Source: Lytechinus pictus
Taxonomy: Eukaryota
DNA length: 64,000 bases
Reading direction: 5' to 3'
Assembly: GCF_037042905.1 (NCBI RefSeq)
Contig: NC_087250.1
Location: 16,060,001 to 16,124,000, forward strand
Positions 27,329 through 41,649 of the stretch are shown piece by piece. How positions within the stretch are numbered: position 1 is the stretch's first letter; each line of letters opens with the position of its first letter. Under the pieces are notes generated by a model. The model saw only the letters and a program-made list of their open reading frames with translations, was not told the origin of the DNA and ran no database searches. Both the position numbers and the translations under genes were made by a program.

Positions 27329-27419
27329 TGATAATAATAATTATAATGATAATAATCATAATAATAATAACAATAATAATATTAATAGTAATAAAAAATA
27401 TTATAAAATAATAATAATA

Positions 27420-27690
27420 ATAACGGTATATTTACCCAGGGTAGCCACTTCAGTTCCGAAAACTTTTCTCCCATCGGGGCCTGCTATTATTACCACGGCT
27501 TTAGCTTGGCTACCTATAGGCGCTCAAGCATTCGAAGAATTTCTTCCTATCGGGTACCTAATCGCCTCTCATGGGTTGAGTGCAGCACAATGTGGGTAAA
27601 TATCTTGCTGAAGGAAAACACGCCATGGCTATAGTAATCGAACTCACGTCCCCGGATTGGAAGACGAGAGTCATAACCAATAGACCCCAC
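27420..27690 (-). mobile_element. tRNA-derived SINE, family 2 (degenerate head)
   Basis: Colinear with 50850-51132 (tttacccaggg.agccac...gggttgagtgcagcacaatgtgg.taaat.tcttgctgaagg), with a (TAT)n tail. Confidence 0.7.
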
Positions 27691-28251
27691 GTTATTCCTT
27701 ATTGTTAAATCTATTGAGAAAGACCAATCAGTTTAATTCGCAAAATATCAATTAGGGGGTATTTTTAACTAGAGAACAGTTAGAAGCCTCGGTCATGCTT
27801 TGGGAGCGCTGCGCCATTTCTTTCCTTTTCACTGTTGTTTGCATATTGGGCGCTTATAAGATAATATAAGTTTGAATGAGAGAAAATACAGTATGAATTG
27901 TGTCCGTGGTAGATCTATCTACATTCTCGTTATGATGTTGGGCTCACGTAGTGATAGAAATCACCACCTGCTCGAAACATTAATGGTTCCTCCCCTCCCC
28001 CCCCCCTCATGCAATTTGCTAACTTTGATTTTGAAATGGGCGTCGAGGGACGTGCCCTTGCCGTACCCCTTGCCTACCCCCCCCCCCCTCCTGCCCAACC
28101 TCCCCCGTGGACATGTCGCATGATTGACTTGCATAGTATAAAGACCATGGATGACGTGAGCTTGAGTTTGTGTGGCGTATCAGGAAAAAAGAGGAGGACG
28201 TGGCAAGCGCTCCTTCAAACTTTTCCATTCGGTGCAGGGGTCGCATCCCTT

Positions 28252-28490
28252 CACAGCAAAAACTGTGGTGTTAACCGGTGTACATAGAGGACCACACCAG
28301 TCATTTTACTCCGGTGTTAAATTGATGGTGTTAGTTTAACACCTATAGGTGTTATTACAACACATTTGGTTGTTACACTTACACTCTTTGGTGTTATATT
28401 CAATCTCTCGGGTGTAATCTTAACACCTCGGGGTGTGGTCCTCTATTAACACCAACTGGTGTCAGTTTTAACACCACAGTTTTTACAGTG
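28252..28490. mobile_element. Same CAC...GTG MITE family, copy 2 (opposite orientation)
   Basis: TT|CACAGCAAAAACTGTGGTGTTAA ... CCACAGTTTTTACAGTG|TT. The interior is the reverse complement of 15906-16150. A different 2-bp TSD argues against strict TA targeting. Confidence 0.75.
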
Positions 28491-31294
28491 TTCCACGGTT
28501 CTTGAGATTATAATTTCGAGCCGGGGGAGGGTGGGAGGGGAGCTAATTTTATCCCCATTTTTTCGACACGTTTACCCTTTTGCGCCCCCTTATAGCGAGC
28601 TCCCCCGGGGCATGTGCCCCTTAACAACCTGATATACGGTGAGCTGAACCGAACACGTATATATTATTTACACGTTTATTGTGAAAGGGATACTGGAGGG
28701 AGCGTATGTGTATTGAGATTGACCTTCAAAGGTCAACGGACTTTCTTCCATGGTCAAGACACAGACAGGAAAGAAACAAGAAATAGGTGTGCACATCATG
28801 TCTCCTCTTATTCTAAAATCACGTGCATCGATTCACAACATTGAACAGACTTGAGCGAGGATATCGGAAAGAAAAATAATCTCAGACAGGGGCCCGCGCA
28901 GAACGTACGGCTTTGAAAGTTGGTGGGGGCTGACTGTTCGATCCCCCCCCCCCCCGAATAAAAATAACACACACACAATCCGATCGTCATTTTCATGTTT
29001 TTGTACACGTTTATTGAAAAAGTTGGGGACTGAAGCCCTCCGACCCCCCCCCCCCCCGCGCGAAATACAAATAAACTATGCGGTTACGTTTGAATTTCGA
29101 GTAATAGGCCTACTGGATTAAAGTTTTTTTTTGTTTGTTTATTTGTATTTATTTCCATATAGAATAATAAAATATGTTCAAATTAAACAAATCGTATAAA
29201 TCATATAAATATGGAGGATGGCCCGCTTACAGTGGTATATTTATAAAATTTATCATTTTTTTTCCATTGGTCCTTTAAACGTAAATCTTTTTTAAAGTTT
29301 GCAGCACTGCAATAATTTAGGCACCGCATATAATTTATATCAACATGTTGAACCATATTTTAAGCTAATCGAGATATAAAGACGATTTGATAGTATAGAT
29401 ACGAAGACAATTAATTAACCAATATGACGTTCAACATAATAAAATGTACAGAAACTTTTTTTAATAGTTTTGTTTTATTGAAAACTGATTAATAAAACAA
29501 TATATGTTTACAACATCGTCATATATATGGTGTCATCCCGGCTGCTATTGTTTAAAGGAGAATCCCTCCTTATAATAAGCCAGTTCACGGTTAGCTCATG
29601 ATCAACTTTTCTCAAATGACCTTTGTGATTTTTCATTAGGATAAGCACTATCATTTTCAAATGTAGATGTTGCGTAAGCTTTACCGGTAGAGTATTCAAA
29701 TTCTAAGAACAAAAGGCATTTTATAGACCAGGTGACTAGAATAACTAGTACATCAGGGATAAAGTTTAGTCTGCCTTTGGCACATTTGACTATTGTTTAG
29801 GCTACTGTCAAATACCAGTGATTATGAAGGCTCTATTTATTACTCTTCAGCTTGGATGCATGTGAATGAATATTGTGAAAGGAATACATGAATAATCATC
29901 AAATCACAAATGTCTATGTCAGTGAATTTGAAAGCCACCTTCATGGTTTACCTCCAATGACCTTTTTCTGCTCGTGCGCGGATTACAACCGTGAACAGGC
30001 TTATAGCTGGCCCCTGCATTTTTACCAAACTCAAATGTTTTACATGCTTTATTTATAATACGGTCTTATACATCTTTTCGATCGTCACAGTCAGTCACAC
30101 ACAAAATGTATTTATTTATATGAATTTGTCATTGATTTATGAATAAAATTCAGAAACTCCTGGGGAAAAAATGTTGATATATAAGATACAACATAATAGC
30201 ACAGAACAAGACAGAACCCATGTAAAGAATGCAATAGAACACCGCACAACATACAGAAATTATATTGTGAATATTAATATTATATCTACCTGCAAAAAGT
30301 GTTCGGTGAGTCTCTCATCCAACTAAATATTTTTTTCTTGGGCTGTAGGCAGCTTGAGTGAGCTGACGGGTCTTCTAAGTTCTATTCCTGTAAATTTGCC
30401 CGGTAAATTTGACTCCTTAATTCACTCAATGACAGCATGCAGACCTGAACATCTCTATAACTTCTAGTCATTCAGTCTGCATTTGAATCCAATCTTGCCA
30501 AAATACGACATCCTTTTTCCAGTGGAAAAATTCTGGTTCACGACCTACATGTATTGTGTACAAGGATGCACTGGCCGTCGGATAGTTCCTTGGTCGGATT
30601 ACAGCTCAGTGAGCGATCAGCTGTTTTCTATTCAGAATCCCGCGCCTGTTGACCTCCCCTCGTTTTTTAACAGGTAACAGTACACAGCGTGTGCTGCTGA
30701 TCTATTATTGTGGGCGGCAATGGCTTTGAATGTTGCAATGAGTGAGGCCCGCGGCGCGCGCTTTATTGAACTCGGTCGTTTTCTGCCAGGGTGAACTGAA
30801 ATAACGAAAGGCTAGCTTTTGTATTCAGCCCAAATAGCGACATTAGCGAAAAACTCACGATAACAATGATTACTCCCGTGACTTCCTTACATATATTACA
30901 CTGACATATCTCTTTCTATGTAAGAGAAAATTATCTGTGAGAGTAAATGAGAGAAAATATGATAGAATAGAGTCAATAGACAATTACTCACCGAAAAAAA
31001 TGACAGTTACAGTCCGCAAATCTAGACTACTGTTTCCAAGGGTCGGAAGTACCGGTATTACGATCAGCTGTGAAGCGGTGAATATCAACTGATATTGCCC
31101 TTGGAGTTGTCGTCTATTTCCTCTATGATGTGAAATCAGAAACAATCAAACCCCGCTATTGAATTATATTGGGGAAAATTATATGAGAGCACACGTGTGT
31201 AAAAGACGTTTAATTTTAGAGGGGAACCTGCGCGCACTTTGAACATAGCGTATAATATTGCGTAAATACTATAGGCGCTTAAAAGGAACCAATT

Positions 31295-31743
31295 ACCGTG
31301 TTTACACTTAATCGGCATTTGGTTCTGAACCAAATGCCGATGCAGAATCGGCATTTGGATTGCGTTTACACGTTGTTACAGCTCGCGGTTCAGAACCGCG
31401 AGCCGATGCAAAAACTTGAAATGGTACGCATACCTACAATATACGTCATAATAAAGACAACACTGGATCAGTGCGCTAACAATTACGTCACAATGGTAAA
31501 GTAATTGAAATGCGCACAAATTGCCGGTGCAGAATCGGCTTTCTGTTTACACGTAGTAAAAAAGCCGATTCTGCATCGGCTCGCGGTTCAGAACCTACTA
31601 CTTTGGTGGTGCAAATTGCCGGTTCTGAACCGCGAGCCGATTCAAGTTACTCGCGTTTACACGCTATGAAAAAGCCGATGCTGCATCGGCTCGCGGTTCA
31701 GAACCGCGAGCCGATTCAAATGCCGATTAAGTGTAAACACGGT
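31295..31743. mobile_element. Harbinger-like MITE with internal cggttcagaaccgcgagccgat subrepeats
   Basis: Perfect ~27-bp TIR accgtgtttacacttaatcggcatttg / caaatgccgattaagtgtaaacacggt, in a TTA/TAA context. Confidence 0.75.
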
Positions 31744-31976
31744 AAATATTACCGGGCGCGGCCGGAGGAATAATGAGGTCATTGCTCATTATTGCATTGA
31801 AAATGATTGCAGTTATCAATCCCCCATTCATCTTGAATATGATATTTGATAGACCATAAAATGAACTTTGAAAAAAAAACAGATTAGGTCGGCATTTCAG
31901 TTTCCCTGAAATCGGCCAAGCAAGCAATAGGCAGGGGCGGATCCAGCCTTCGCCAATGGGGGGGGGGGGGGCAGTT

Positions 31977-33745
31977 TATAATCACTCGCGTCGCGTTCTG
32001 GTTCGTAATCACTCGCGTTTTGAATTTTTGGCGATTTTTTTTATTTCGGTGCGATTTTTTTTTAACGGTGTCTTCAATGGGACAGACATGCAGGGAAATT
32101 TGAGTTTCGTTTTAAGCCGGCAATTAAGTGCCTTAAAATAAAATGTACTCGACTACTGTTCTAAGTACCAAGAATAGAAAACAAGCTTGATCCGCCCCAG
32201 ACAGCTGGCAGCAGTCTGTTTCGAGGAGTTCTTTTCAAACATTTTAATTTTTTTTTTAATTTCTCTGTATTTGGTGATTGTACAACTCATCCCCCATCTG
32301 TATGCTTTGTACTGTTTCTAGTGGAAAGTCCCCTAAAGTACATGTATTTCATACCTTGAATTTAATGTAACTTGCCTGAATGCGATAAGCTTTGTTATTA
32401 ACGTGTGTGCTCTCAGATTTTAACAAAAGTTATAAGATATTAAAAAAAAATGTTTTCAAGAAATCATTAAATTTCTCTAATGATGAATATCTAGTCTTGT
32501 TTATCCATTGCAATGTTCATATGTGTGATATGATAGGTGGTTTACTTTTGCCAGTAACTACTTGCAGTAGGCTGGATACATAAACATAAATAAAACATTG
32601 TGATCAACAACAAATATACACTTGTAAATACATTACAATACAAATTACAATACAGTGTAGATTTCTTGTCCTTGATAACCCCCAAATTTTTTCATATTTT
32701 TCACCCTGCAACGTCCTGCAAGATTAATGAAAATCCATTTTTAAATTTTGTTCAGTGCACCATCATTATATATAAAAAAAAACTAATTTTGTTGGTCCCT
32801 CGGACTTCTTTATAACCAGAGTGCACTTTACTCCCCCTCCTACTTCTCTTTCTTCTCAGTCTTCTTTTTATTCCCATTATTATGTCATCTTATTCTTCTC
32901 CCTGTTCTTCTACTTCTCAATTTCTTCCCTTTCTCCTTATTGTTCATCTCCCTTCTCACTTCTTCCTTCTCTCTTCTCAGTCTTCCCCTTATTTTATCTT
33001 CTCTTTCTCTTCTTCTACATCCTCCCCTCAATTTTCTCTTTTTTGTTTCATTTTTACCCCCTTATGTCCTCCATCTTCTTTTTTCTTCTTCTACTTCTCC
33101 TCCTCCTTCCTTCTTGCTTTTCTTCTTCAGCACTTTTTTCCTCCCTGATTTTTACGTTAGTGTAGAATAATTCACGAAGAAAGGGAGAAGCAAATAAATA
33201 GTGATATTATGAAATTGTAGCACCTCACTATGCTTTATAAAGAATACCACAGACTTCAGGAAAATCCTCCAAAGGCAAAGCTAAATCGAGAGTAGCCTTT
33301 CCTCCTTTTTCTTCTTTATTCCTTTTCTCCTTTCTTTCTCCTTTTTTCCTTGCTTCTTTCTTTCTGTCTGTCTTTTTTTTTCTTTCTCTTTTCTCCCTCT
33401 TTCCCTTCCTTTCTCCCCCCTCTCTCTTTTTTTAGGGGGAGCCCCCCCCCCCCGCTTCCGCCGCCTATGGCTCTAAGATTTAAGATGTGGAATGTGATTA
33501 TGTTAAAACAGTAGTCAAAATTTGCTTGTTATCTTAAAACAGTGGTCGAGAACGTTTTATTTAAGGCACTTACCAGCTTAAAATAAAACGAAACTCGAAT
33601 TTCAATTTCATTTTATTTTTCCAGTACGTTTGTCCCATTGAAGACACCGTTAGAAAAAAAATCGCACCGAAAAAAAAAAATCGCCAAAAATCAAAAACGC
33701 GTGTGATTACCAACCCGACGCGAGTGATTACGAACGCGAGTGAAT
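31977..33745. mobile_element. Nested foldback element with ~190-bp inverted repeats
   Basis: 31977-32161 is the reverse complement of ~33538-33745 (aatcactcgcg...ggtgtcttcaatgggaca...taagtgccttaaa). It encloses a long pyrimidine-rich tract at 32830-33430. Confidence 0.65.
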
Positions 33746-35642
33746 ATAATAAGCCGGGGGGGGGGGCGGAATTTTTTTCAGCCACATTTTCCCCGATCGG
33801 CCGCTCGAAGTAATTTTTTGTTTGTTTCTTTGAAGTTTAAATGGGTCGTCCTAATAGTCACTTTTAAGCTTTATAATATATATATATATATACATAATAT
33901 CATAAGTCTTATTCAAAAAGTGCTAGCGCGAAGCGCGAGCTTTTTGTTTATTTTATGTATTTTGTCTTTAAATTTAAACATTTTGGGCAATAATTATGAT
34001 CCTAAACGAGATGTCTATCCAACCAAATAATTACTGCGAGCGCGAAGCGCGAGCAAAAATTTTTAATATACGTTTTGATCTGATAAAAAAAGGATCTGTT
34101 AACGGCTGCTTGTTGAATTGAATTGAATTGAATTTATTTTCATACTTCACAAGATAGCAAAATAATAACATAATACATGAAATACATTTGATTACATACA
34201 ACATAGAAAAGATAATGGCAGTAAATAAAATGAAATATGAAGGAACCTGCATAAAAAGCAGAGCTTGTAATGTCTGCAGGTTCGTAATCAAGGAGAAAAT
34301 TTGACACTAAAAAAAAAAAACACTGCAAAGGAAAAGCCATGTGAGCCATGAGGAAATTACATATTTTAACTATCAAGTAATGCGAGTACGAAGCGCGAGC
34401 TGAAAATGTTACATTTTTCCTGAAGAATTGAAAAGGATAAGTATATAACTAAAATAATTATACAAGCGCGAAGCGCGAGCGAAAAAAAAATTCGAGATTT
34501 AAACCTAAAAATGTGACACTCTATTCATACTTTGTAAATCATGAAAAGGATGAGTAATTGGAAATCTTCCTAAATTGATAATGCGAGCGCAAAGCGCGAG
34601 CAGAATTTTTTTTATTCATTTTAATATACGTTTTGATCTGATAAAAAAAGGATATGTTTGCTTGTTAGCCATGAAGACGTTACATATTTCAACTATCAAA
34701 TAGCAAACTTTGACATTTCTCCCTGAAGAATGGAAATCTTAAGCACTTTTTGTAATCGTCAAAATGATAAGTTTTGATGCGTTTTAATCTGATCAAAAAA
34801 TGATTTGTCTAACAATTGCTTAATAGCCATTCCCATGAAGATGTTACATATTTCAAATACTAAATAATGCGAGCGCGAAGCGCGAGCTTAAAATTTTGAC
34901 ATTTCTAACTGAAAAATGGAATTTATAAGCACTTTTTGTAATCGTGAAAAGGATCAGTATATAACTAAACAATTGATGCGAGCGCGAAGCGAGAGCAGAA
35001 GAATTCTGGACACTCTATTCATGTTTTGTAAATCATGAAAAGGATGAGTAATTTGAATTTTTCCTACATTAATAATGCGAACGCAAAGCGCGAGCAGACA
35101 ATTTTTTATATTGTGATCTGAAACTGGATAATGATTTAAATAGAGAACAAACTGCGTATCTGAATAAACATGCGCCCGTGTGTTTCAGATTTCGACCTAG
35201 AACCTTTCTAATCATGAAAATCAAAGAAGCGAGCGCAAAGCGCGAGCTAAATTACATGCTATTCCGATCTGAAAGAGGGTCAATTTAAGCTCTGTATTTT
35301 AAGCACTTTGTAGGAATATTGTGAGGTAGATATGGATCACCGTTAAAAAGAGCTGATATGTTTCATTATTATTACTTTGAGTTTTAACAAAGGACTGGGA
35401 TATGGACATTATGTCATCATATGAAAATGATGAATATCTTCCTATTACTCTTCCAAAGCATGAGAGCGTGAAATCTCTTAATATTATGGCCTGAAAACCG
35501 GACATTTAAAGCACTTTTGTAATTATGAATAAGATGCATGAGTTAATATCTTTCAACAATCAATGCGAGCGCAAATCGCGAGCGCAAATTTTTCATAAAC
35601 TGTCATGAAATGGGGATTTTAAGTAGTTTGTTTTAGAATTAA

Positions 35643-36224
35643 AAGGATGATCCGGGCTGAAAATATATATATCTAAATACATAGAATAGAATTCACTGAG
35701 CAAAATGCCGAAAATTTCATCAAAATCGGATCACAAATAATAAAGTTATTGAAGTTTAAATTTTAGCAATATTTTGTGAAAACAGTCGTCATGAATATAC
35801 ATTAGGTGGGCTGATGATGTCACATCTCCACTTTCCGTTTTCTTATGTTATTACATAAAATCATATTTTTTTCATTATTTCATACTTGTGTGAATAATAT
35901 GTCTCCCTTTTAATAAAACAAGTTCCAGCAATAAATATCTAATGCACTAAATCAGTTGTCAATCAAATTTTTCTAGTTCTTGGAGGAAAGAAAATGAATA
36001 AACCTAATTTCATATAATAAAATACAAAAGAACAAATGGGGATGTGACATCATCAGCCCACCTAATGAATATTCATGATGACTGTTTTCACAAAATATTG
36101 CTAAACTTAAAAATTCAATAACTTTGTTATTTGTTAATCGATTTTGATGAAATTTTCGGCATATTGCTCAATGAATTCTACTCTATTTATTAAGCTATAA
36201 ATACTTTCAGCCCGGACCATCCCT
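35643..36224. mobile_element. TTAA-TSD MITE with long imperfect TIRs, nested in the 31.9-36.8 kb element
   Basis: TTAA|aaggatgatccgggctgaaa ... tttcagcccggaccatccct|TTAA; the arms are complementary over ~190 bp. Confidence 0.75.
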
Positions 36225-38239
36225 TTAATATTAAGATATACATAACTCACCAATCAATATGCGAGCGTGCAGCGCTAGCTGATACGTTTTGACAATCTGA
36301 CCTGAATAGGGATATTTTGATAACTTTATCTGATCGTTTATGGAATACAGGAAAATAATAGGTATCTAACAAATCAAATTTTGCGAACGCGCAGCGCGAG
36401 TAGAAAATGTTAATATTCGGACCATAAAACGGAAATTTTTACAGAGCACTTTTTAAAAATCAATTTGTAAATCAAACAAAATAATGAAAGTTCAGTTACC
36501 GAGCTGAAACATGTTTTGTATGTTGACTTCAAAATTTGATATTTCAAGCTCCATATTGAGCAAGATATGTAAATCACCTTAAAAAGCAAAGCGAGAGCGA
36601 AGCGCGAGCAAAAATTTTATATCCCGACATGAAAGATTTTTAACATTATTTTCCAAGTCTTCCCCTCATCTTATTTCATTCACTCGTCTTCTTCCTCTTA
36701 TGTTTCCCCTTCTTTTTTTCTCCTCTCTTTTCCCTTTTTTTTTCTTTTTTTTGCTCCGCCAATAGGGGGGGGGGGCGGGCCCCTCGCCCCCCTGGATCCG
36801 CCTATGATAGGGGAGGGGTTATCAATTCGAAAAATGCTCGAGCCGCTTTTAAAACTTTTTTTCTCAAGCGAATTAAAATATCCTCATCTTTTTTTCATAA
36901 CCTTTTCTGCGGATATGCGGCATTTTGATTACTTTAGAATGAATAGGGATTTTTAATTCTAATATGCAAAGGACCGTACGGCGAACTACGTTGCAGATCC
37001 ATTTTCGGATGACTTTGACCGCTTCAGAAAACTAGCAATTTCAAAGTGTTTTTTATTTTGTTCTTTTTTGGAGCAGAATTCGGCGATATATATATCATCT
37101 ATTTACTTATTTTTATTTTTTTCTTCGGGGTATTTAGGAGTTAGAAAAATAGCAAAACTATTAATAGGCGTATTTCAAAAGTAATAATTAATCTGTGGAA
37201 TAATGAATTTTTAACTCCACTGGGCGTGAGAAAAGTTGCACCATGAAATGGTTATTGATCATTCTTATCATGGATAATAACAAAAGTGTCATCTAGCCGC
37301 CCATAACATAAATAGAGGCTTTACTTCTCATTATGAAGTATTTTCCTAGTTTTGTTTTTCATCAGTTATCGTTTCTTATTCTTGCGATTGTCCGATCAGC
37401 GGGTTTCCTATTATGCTCTGGGATTCGGAACATCCATTGTGAAGTTTGTGAGTCAAGGTTATTAAATTCGATTGTATAATAATCGCCTTATCATCTCTAT
37501 TACTTCCTTTGGAATAAAAACAAAGTGGGCTTTAAACCAATTAAGAACCCAAGACAAAAAAAATATGATTCAATGCTAATCCGTTAAAGCGTTTAAACAA
37601 TTCTGTTTATTGATGAACCTTACATTAAAATGTAAGGTTCATAGTGCAGCATTTTGAATACATTTCTTAAACAGCGTTTTTAGTGTGTATATTGGGGAAT
37701 TGCTATATAGCGGCGCCACGGTGTGGGGGCGTGGGGGCAGCGGGCCACCCGCCCCCATGATTTTTGAAGAGTGAAAATAATGAAAGCAAAGGAAGAGTGA
37801 AAGAGGTCGAATAAGGAAGAGAGAGGGAGGAAGACAGTGCATACATTGAAGCATGCATGGATCACGCAACATAGTGAACATGACCCAAGCGAAAAGCATA
37901 CCTCTGTTTGAAAAAAAAGTGATGTATGAATATAATCATTTTTAATGGAACATAATTTTATGCTAATCATTATATCTGTATGTAAATGATTGTGTTGATA
38001 TACGACTTACGATAGAACGTTTTTAATCTCTCAGACTGAGCGATTATCTTATCCTTCTCCTGTGACAGTTGCCATGGCAATGCATTTCTCGGATAACCTG
38101 ATATTGAGGACAACTTGGATTAAGTTCATAATCTGAAGATTAGAGTCAAGCTTGTATCATATTTATCGTTGATGTTCGATCTCTGAAAGCTAATTGTGAT
38201 CAATGGTTTATGAAGTTTATGGAATGAACAGCAGACGGG

Positions 38240-38625
38240 GGCAATAAAGGAAAAAAAGGAACAAAAGGGAGGAAAAGGAGAAAAGGGAAGCATAAGAAAA
38301 GGGAAATAGAAGAAGAAGAAGGAGAAGAAGAAGAAAGGAAAGAAGAAAATAGAAGAAGAAGGAGTAGAAGAAGAAGAAAAAGGAGAAGGAGAAGAAGAAG
38401 AAGAAGAAAAAGGAGGAGAAGAAGAAGAAGAAGAAGAAGAAAGGAAGGAAGAAGAGGGAGAAGAAGAAGAAGGGAGAAGAAGAAGAAGAATGAGAAGAAG
38501 AAAACAAAAGAAGAAGAAGGAGTAAAATAAGAAAAAGAAGAAGAAACCGAAAAGAAATGGGAGGAAATAAAATGAAGAAGAAAAAGAAAGAGAAGGAAGA
38601 GACAGGAACTGAAAAATACAAAAAA
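38240..38625. repeat. Purine-rich (GAA)n low-complexity tract
   Basis: About 380 nt that are almost purely A/G. Confidence 0.9.
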
Positions 38626-39519
38626 AAATATCTCGGGAGAGAAGTCAGATTGCTTGAGTTTATGATTTTAGGATAACAAAAATGACTACATGATCTTATA
38701 TAGTCCACAAGATTACGGAAATCTTTTAATCTATCATTCCACTTTCTGTCTGTCTGGATTAGTTTGAAAGCCTTATAAATATTATCAAGTAATCTCGCCC
38801 ACTAAACCGAGGATATGTGGCCTGGTCAATTAGGGACAGGTACAGTTAGAATAGAATAGATGAAGTAAATAAAAACTAACTAAATGAATAAGTAAATAAA
38901 ACACGTCAATTAATCGATTAATTAATAAAACAAATCGATAAACAAACAAACAAATAGATAAATGAATAAACAAATGAATAAATAGATAGATAAATATATA
39001 AATAAATTAATAACAAAACATGAAATTTTCCTTGAAGAATCGAAGCACGGCGGATAAACTGCAAGGGTATGACATCACATCATCATGCTTTATTTAACAT
39101 CTTCTTAAGACTTCGGAGTATGCATGGATACAGGAACATTGTATACCTCATGTATTATAAGTTTCTCTCCACGTATAGATCGTTTCACTGATACTTCGAT
39201 AATGTTTGCCCTCCATATTTTCATTGGGGTCGCCCCCTCCCCCGGGCCCCTCCACCAAAGGTCGTTGCCTCTGGCTGGATGGGCCCCCTTTCCCCTTGCT
39301 CTTATCTAGTGACTATAGATCAGATGTAACTAATTCAATTACTATCAGGCCTTTTATGATAAACTTGGAAACATAATTATAGGCCTACATGCATATTGTA
39401 AATCCTTTCTTTTCAATTTATGAGAGCCCCTCATGGATGGTAGGTGGCGCCCTGTAAGAAAGATGAATGCCCAATAGAAATGATGACTGTTAAGGGCTGT
39501 TTGCAGTCAGCCGTGTAGA

Positions 39520-41649
39520 CGATATATATTTCAAAAATCAAATTATGCGAGCACGAAGCGCGAGCTGAAAATGTTTGAAACATCGACCTAAAATGGACAT
39601 TCTAAGCACTTTTTATAGGTATAGGTATATAACTAAACAATGCGAGCGCGAAGAGAGTTAGACTTAAAAGTCATGGAACACTGGCTATTAATGTTTTGTA
39701 AATCATGATGATGGGTAATTGGGTATCTTCCTACATTAATAATGCGAGCGCGAAACGCGCCGCAGAATTTTTTTTATATTCTGATCTGAAGTTGGATAAT
39801 TTCAGCATATTGTTTTTGATAAAGAACCAGATGAGAATCTCAACAAACATGCGTGCGCGTGTATTAGATTTAGTCCTATAGAATCTGGGCATTCTAAATA
39901 ATTTTTATCATGAAAATTCATAATGCGAGAGCGAAGCGTACGTGAGCTGAAAATATTTGATATTTCAATCTGAAAAGGGGTTAATATAAGCACTGATTCA
40001 AGCACTGTGTTGGAAAATTGTGAAGAGGATATGGATCGCACTTAATGATGCGAGCGCGAGCTGTTTTTTTAATTAGTGTCATTATTATTGCTTTGACCTA
40101 GAACCGCGGGACTCTCATCACATGAAAAATGATGACAATTATATTCATCTTCCTTGGCGCGAGATGATACTTGTCGAAATCCCTTTTAAAAAAGGGACAA
40201 TTTGATTATTAGGAATTCATGAAAAAAATATCTTATTTACTGATGTAATAAACCTAATGAGAGCGCTTAAATTGTTGATATTAAGGCCTGAAAAGCTGAA
40301 CATATTAAGCGCTTTTTTCTATTATGAATAGGATGCATGGGTTAATATATATTTTAAGAATTAAGGCGAGCACAAATCGCGAGCCGAAATTTTTGATAAA
40401 ATTGTTATGAAAAGAGAATTTTAATTAGTTTGTTATAAAAATACTATAGAAGTATGCATTACTCAACGATGAAAATGCGAGTGCGCAGCGCTAGCTGATA
40501 AGGTTTGACAAGCAACCCTGAAAAGGGGTATTTAGAGAACTTAAAGGTCAAGTCCACCCCAGAAAATTGTTTATTTGAATTGATAGAGAAAAATCAAACA
40601 AACATAATGCTGCAAATTTCATCGAAATCGGATGTAAAATAAGAAAGTTATGACATATTTAAGTTTCGCTTATTTTTCACAAAACAGTTAAATGCACAAC
40701 TCAGCTATATGCAAATGAGTGAGTCGATGATGTCCATCACTCACTATTTCTTATGTTTTTTATTGTTTGAATAATGCAATATTTCAATTTTTACAGATTT
40801 GACAATTAGGACCAACTTAACTTATCCATAAACTGTTAAAATATTGGTAATTTCACATGTTCGGGAAGAAATAAAACTTTGTTTCACTTGACAAGGAGGG
40901 AAAATTAAGAATATTTCATGTTTCATATAATAAAATACAAAAGAAATAGTTAGTGGGTGACGTCATTTGCATACCGACCAGGATGTGCATGTAACTGTTT
41001 TGTGAATTTAAGCGAAACTTTAAAATATCATAACTTTCTTATTTTACATCCGATTTTGATAAAATTTTCAGTGTTTTGCTTGTTAGATTTTCACCTTTTT
41101 TTCAAATTAACTTTTTGTTGAGGTGGACTTGTCCTTTAATGGTGTGTACGGAAAGAACAGGTAGGCCTACTTGACAAATCAAATAATGTGATCGCGCATG
41201 CAGCCCGAGCTGTAAATGTTGATATATATAAAACGGACATTTTAAAGAGCACTTGTTCAAAATCAATTTGTAAATCAAACAAAATAATGAAAGCTCGAAA
41301 TAAAAGTTGAAAAATAATTTGTACATTGGCTTAAAATATGATATTTTAAGCTCTATATTAGCCTATTTAGTTGAGCAAGATATGTATCTCATCGAACATG
41401 CAATGCGAGCGCGAAGCGCGAGCGAAAATATTGTTCAGTGATATGAAATATATATTTCTTATTTTCTAAGTCTTCCCCTCACCATATTTTTATTCACTCG
41501 TCTTCCTCCTCTTTTTCCCTCTTCTTTATTTCTCCTCTCTTTTCCCTTCTTATTCTTTTTTCTTCCCATTTTTTGGGCTCCGCCAATAGGAGGGGGGGGG
41601 GGGGGGGGGGGGGGAGGCAACCCCTCGCGCCCCCCTGAATCCACCTATG
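39520..41649. mobile_element. Second, left-truncated copy of the GCGAGCGCGAAGCGCGAG element
   Basis: Colinear with ~34850-36806 and ends in ctgaatccacctatg. It carries its own independent TTAA MITE insertion. Confidence 0.7.
40545..41135. mobile_element. TTAA-TSD MITE (Kolobok/piggyBac-like)
   Basis: TTAA|aggtcaagtccacccc ... ggtggacttgtcct|TTAA; highly similar to 55192-55801. Confidence 0.8.

Larger units (their letters stand above)
31932..36806. mobile_element. 4.9-kb composite non-autonomous DNA transposon with GCGAGCGCGAAGCGCGAG internal repeats and nested insertions
   Basis: TIRs CAGGGGCGGATCCAG / CTGGATCCGCCTATG and a 5-bp TSD ATAGG (31927-31931, 36807-36811). The recurring gcgagcgcgaagcgcgagc motif spans 33925-36610. 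Confidence 0.7.

Noticed and set aside
32821..33170. Three overlapping hydrophobic ORFs
   Set aside because: The pyrimidine-rich tract lacks stops in all frames and shows no protein features.
38217..38708. 163-aa Phe/Ser/Leu-rich ORF
   Set aside because: It is a translation of a (GAA)n purine tract, a low-complexity artefact.
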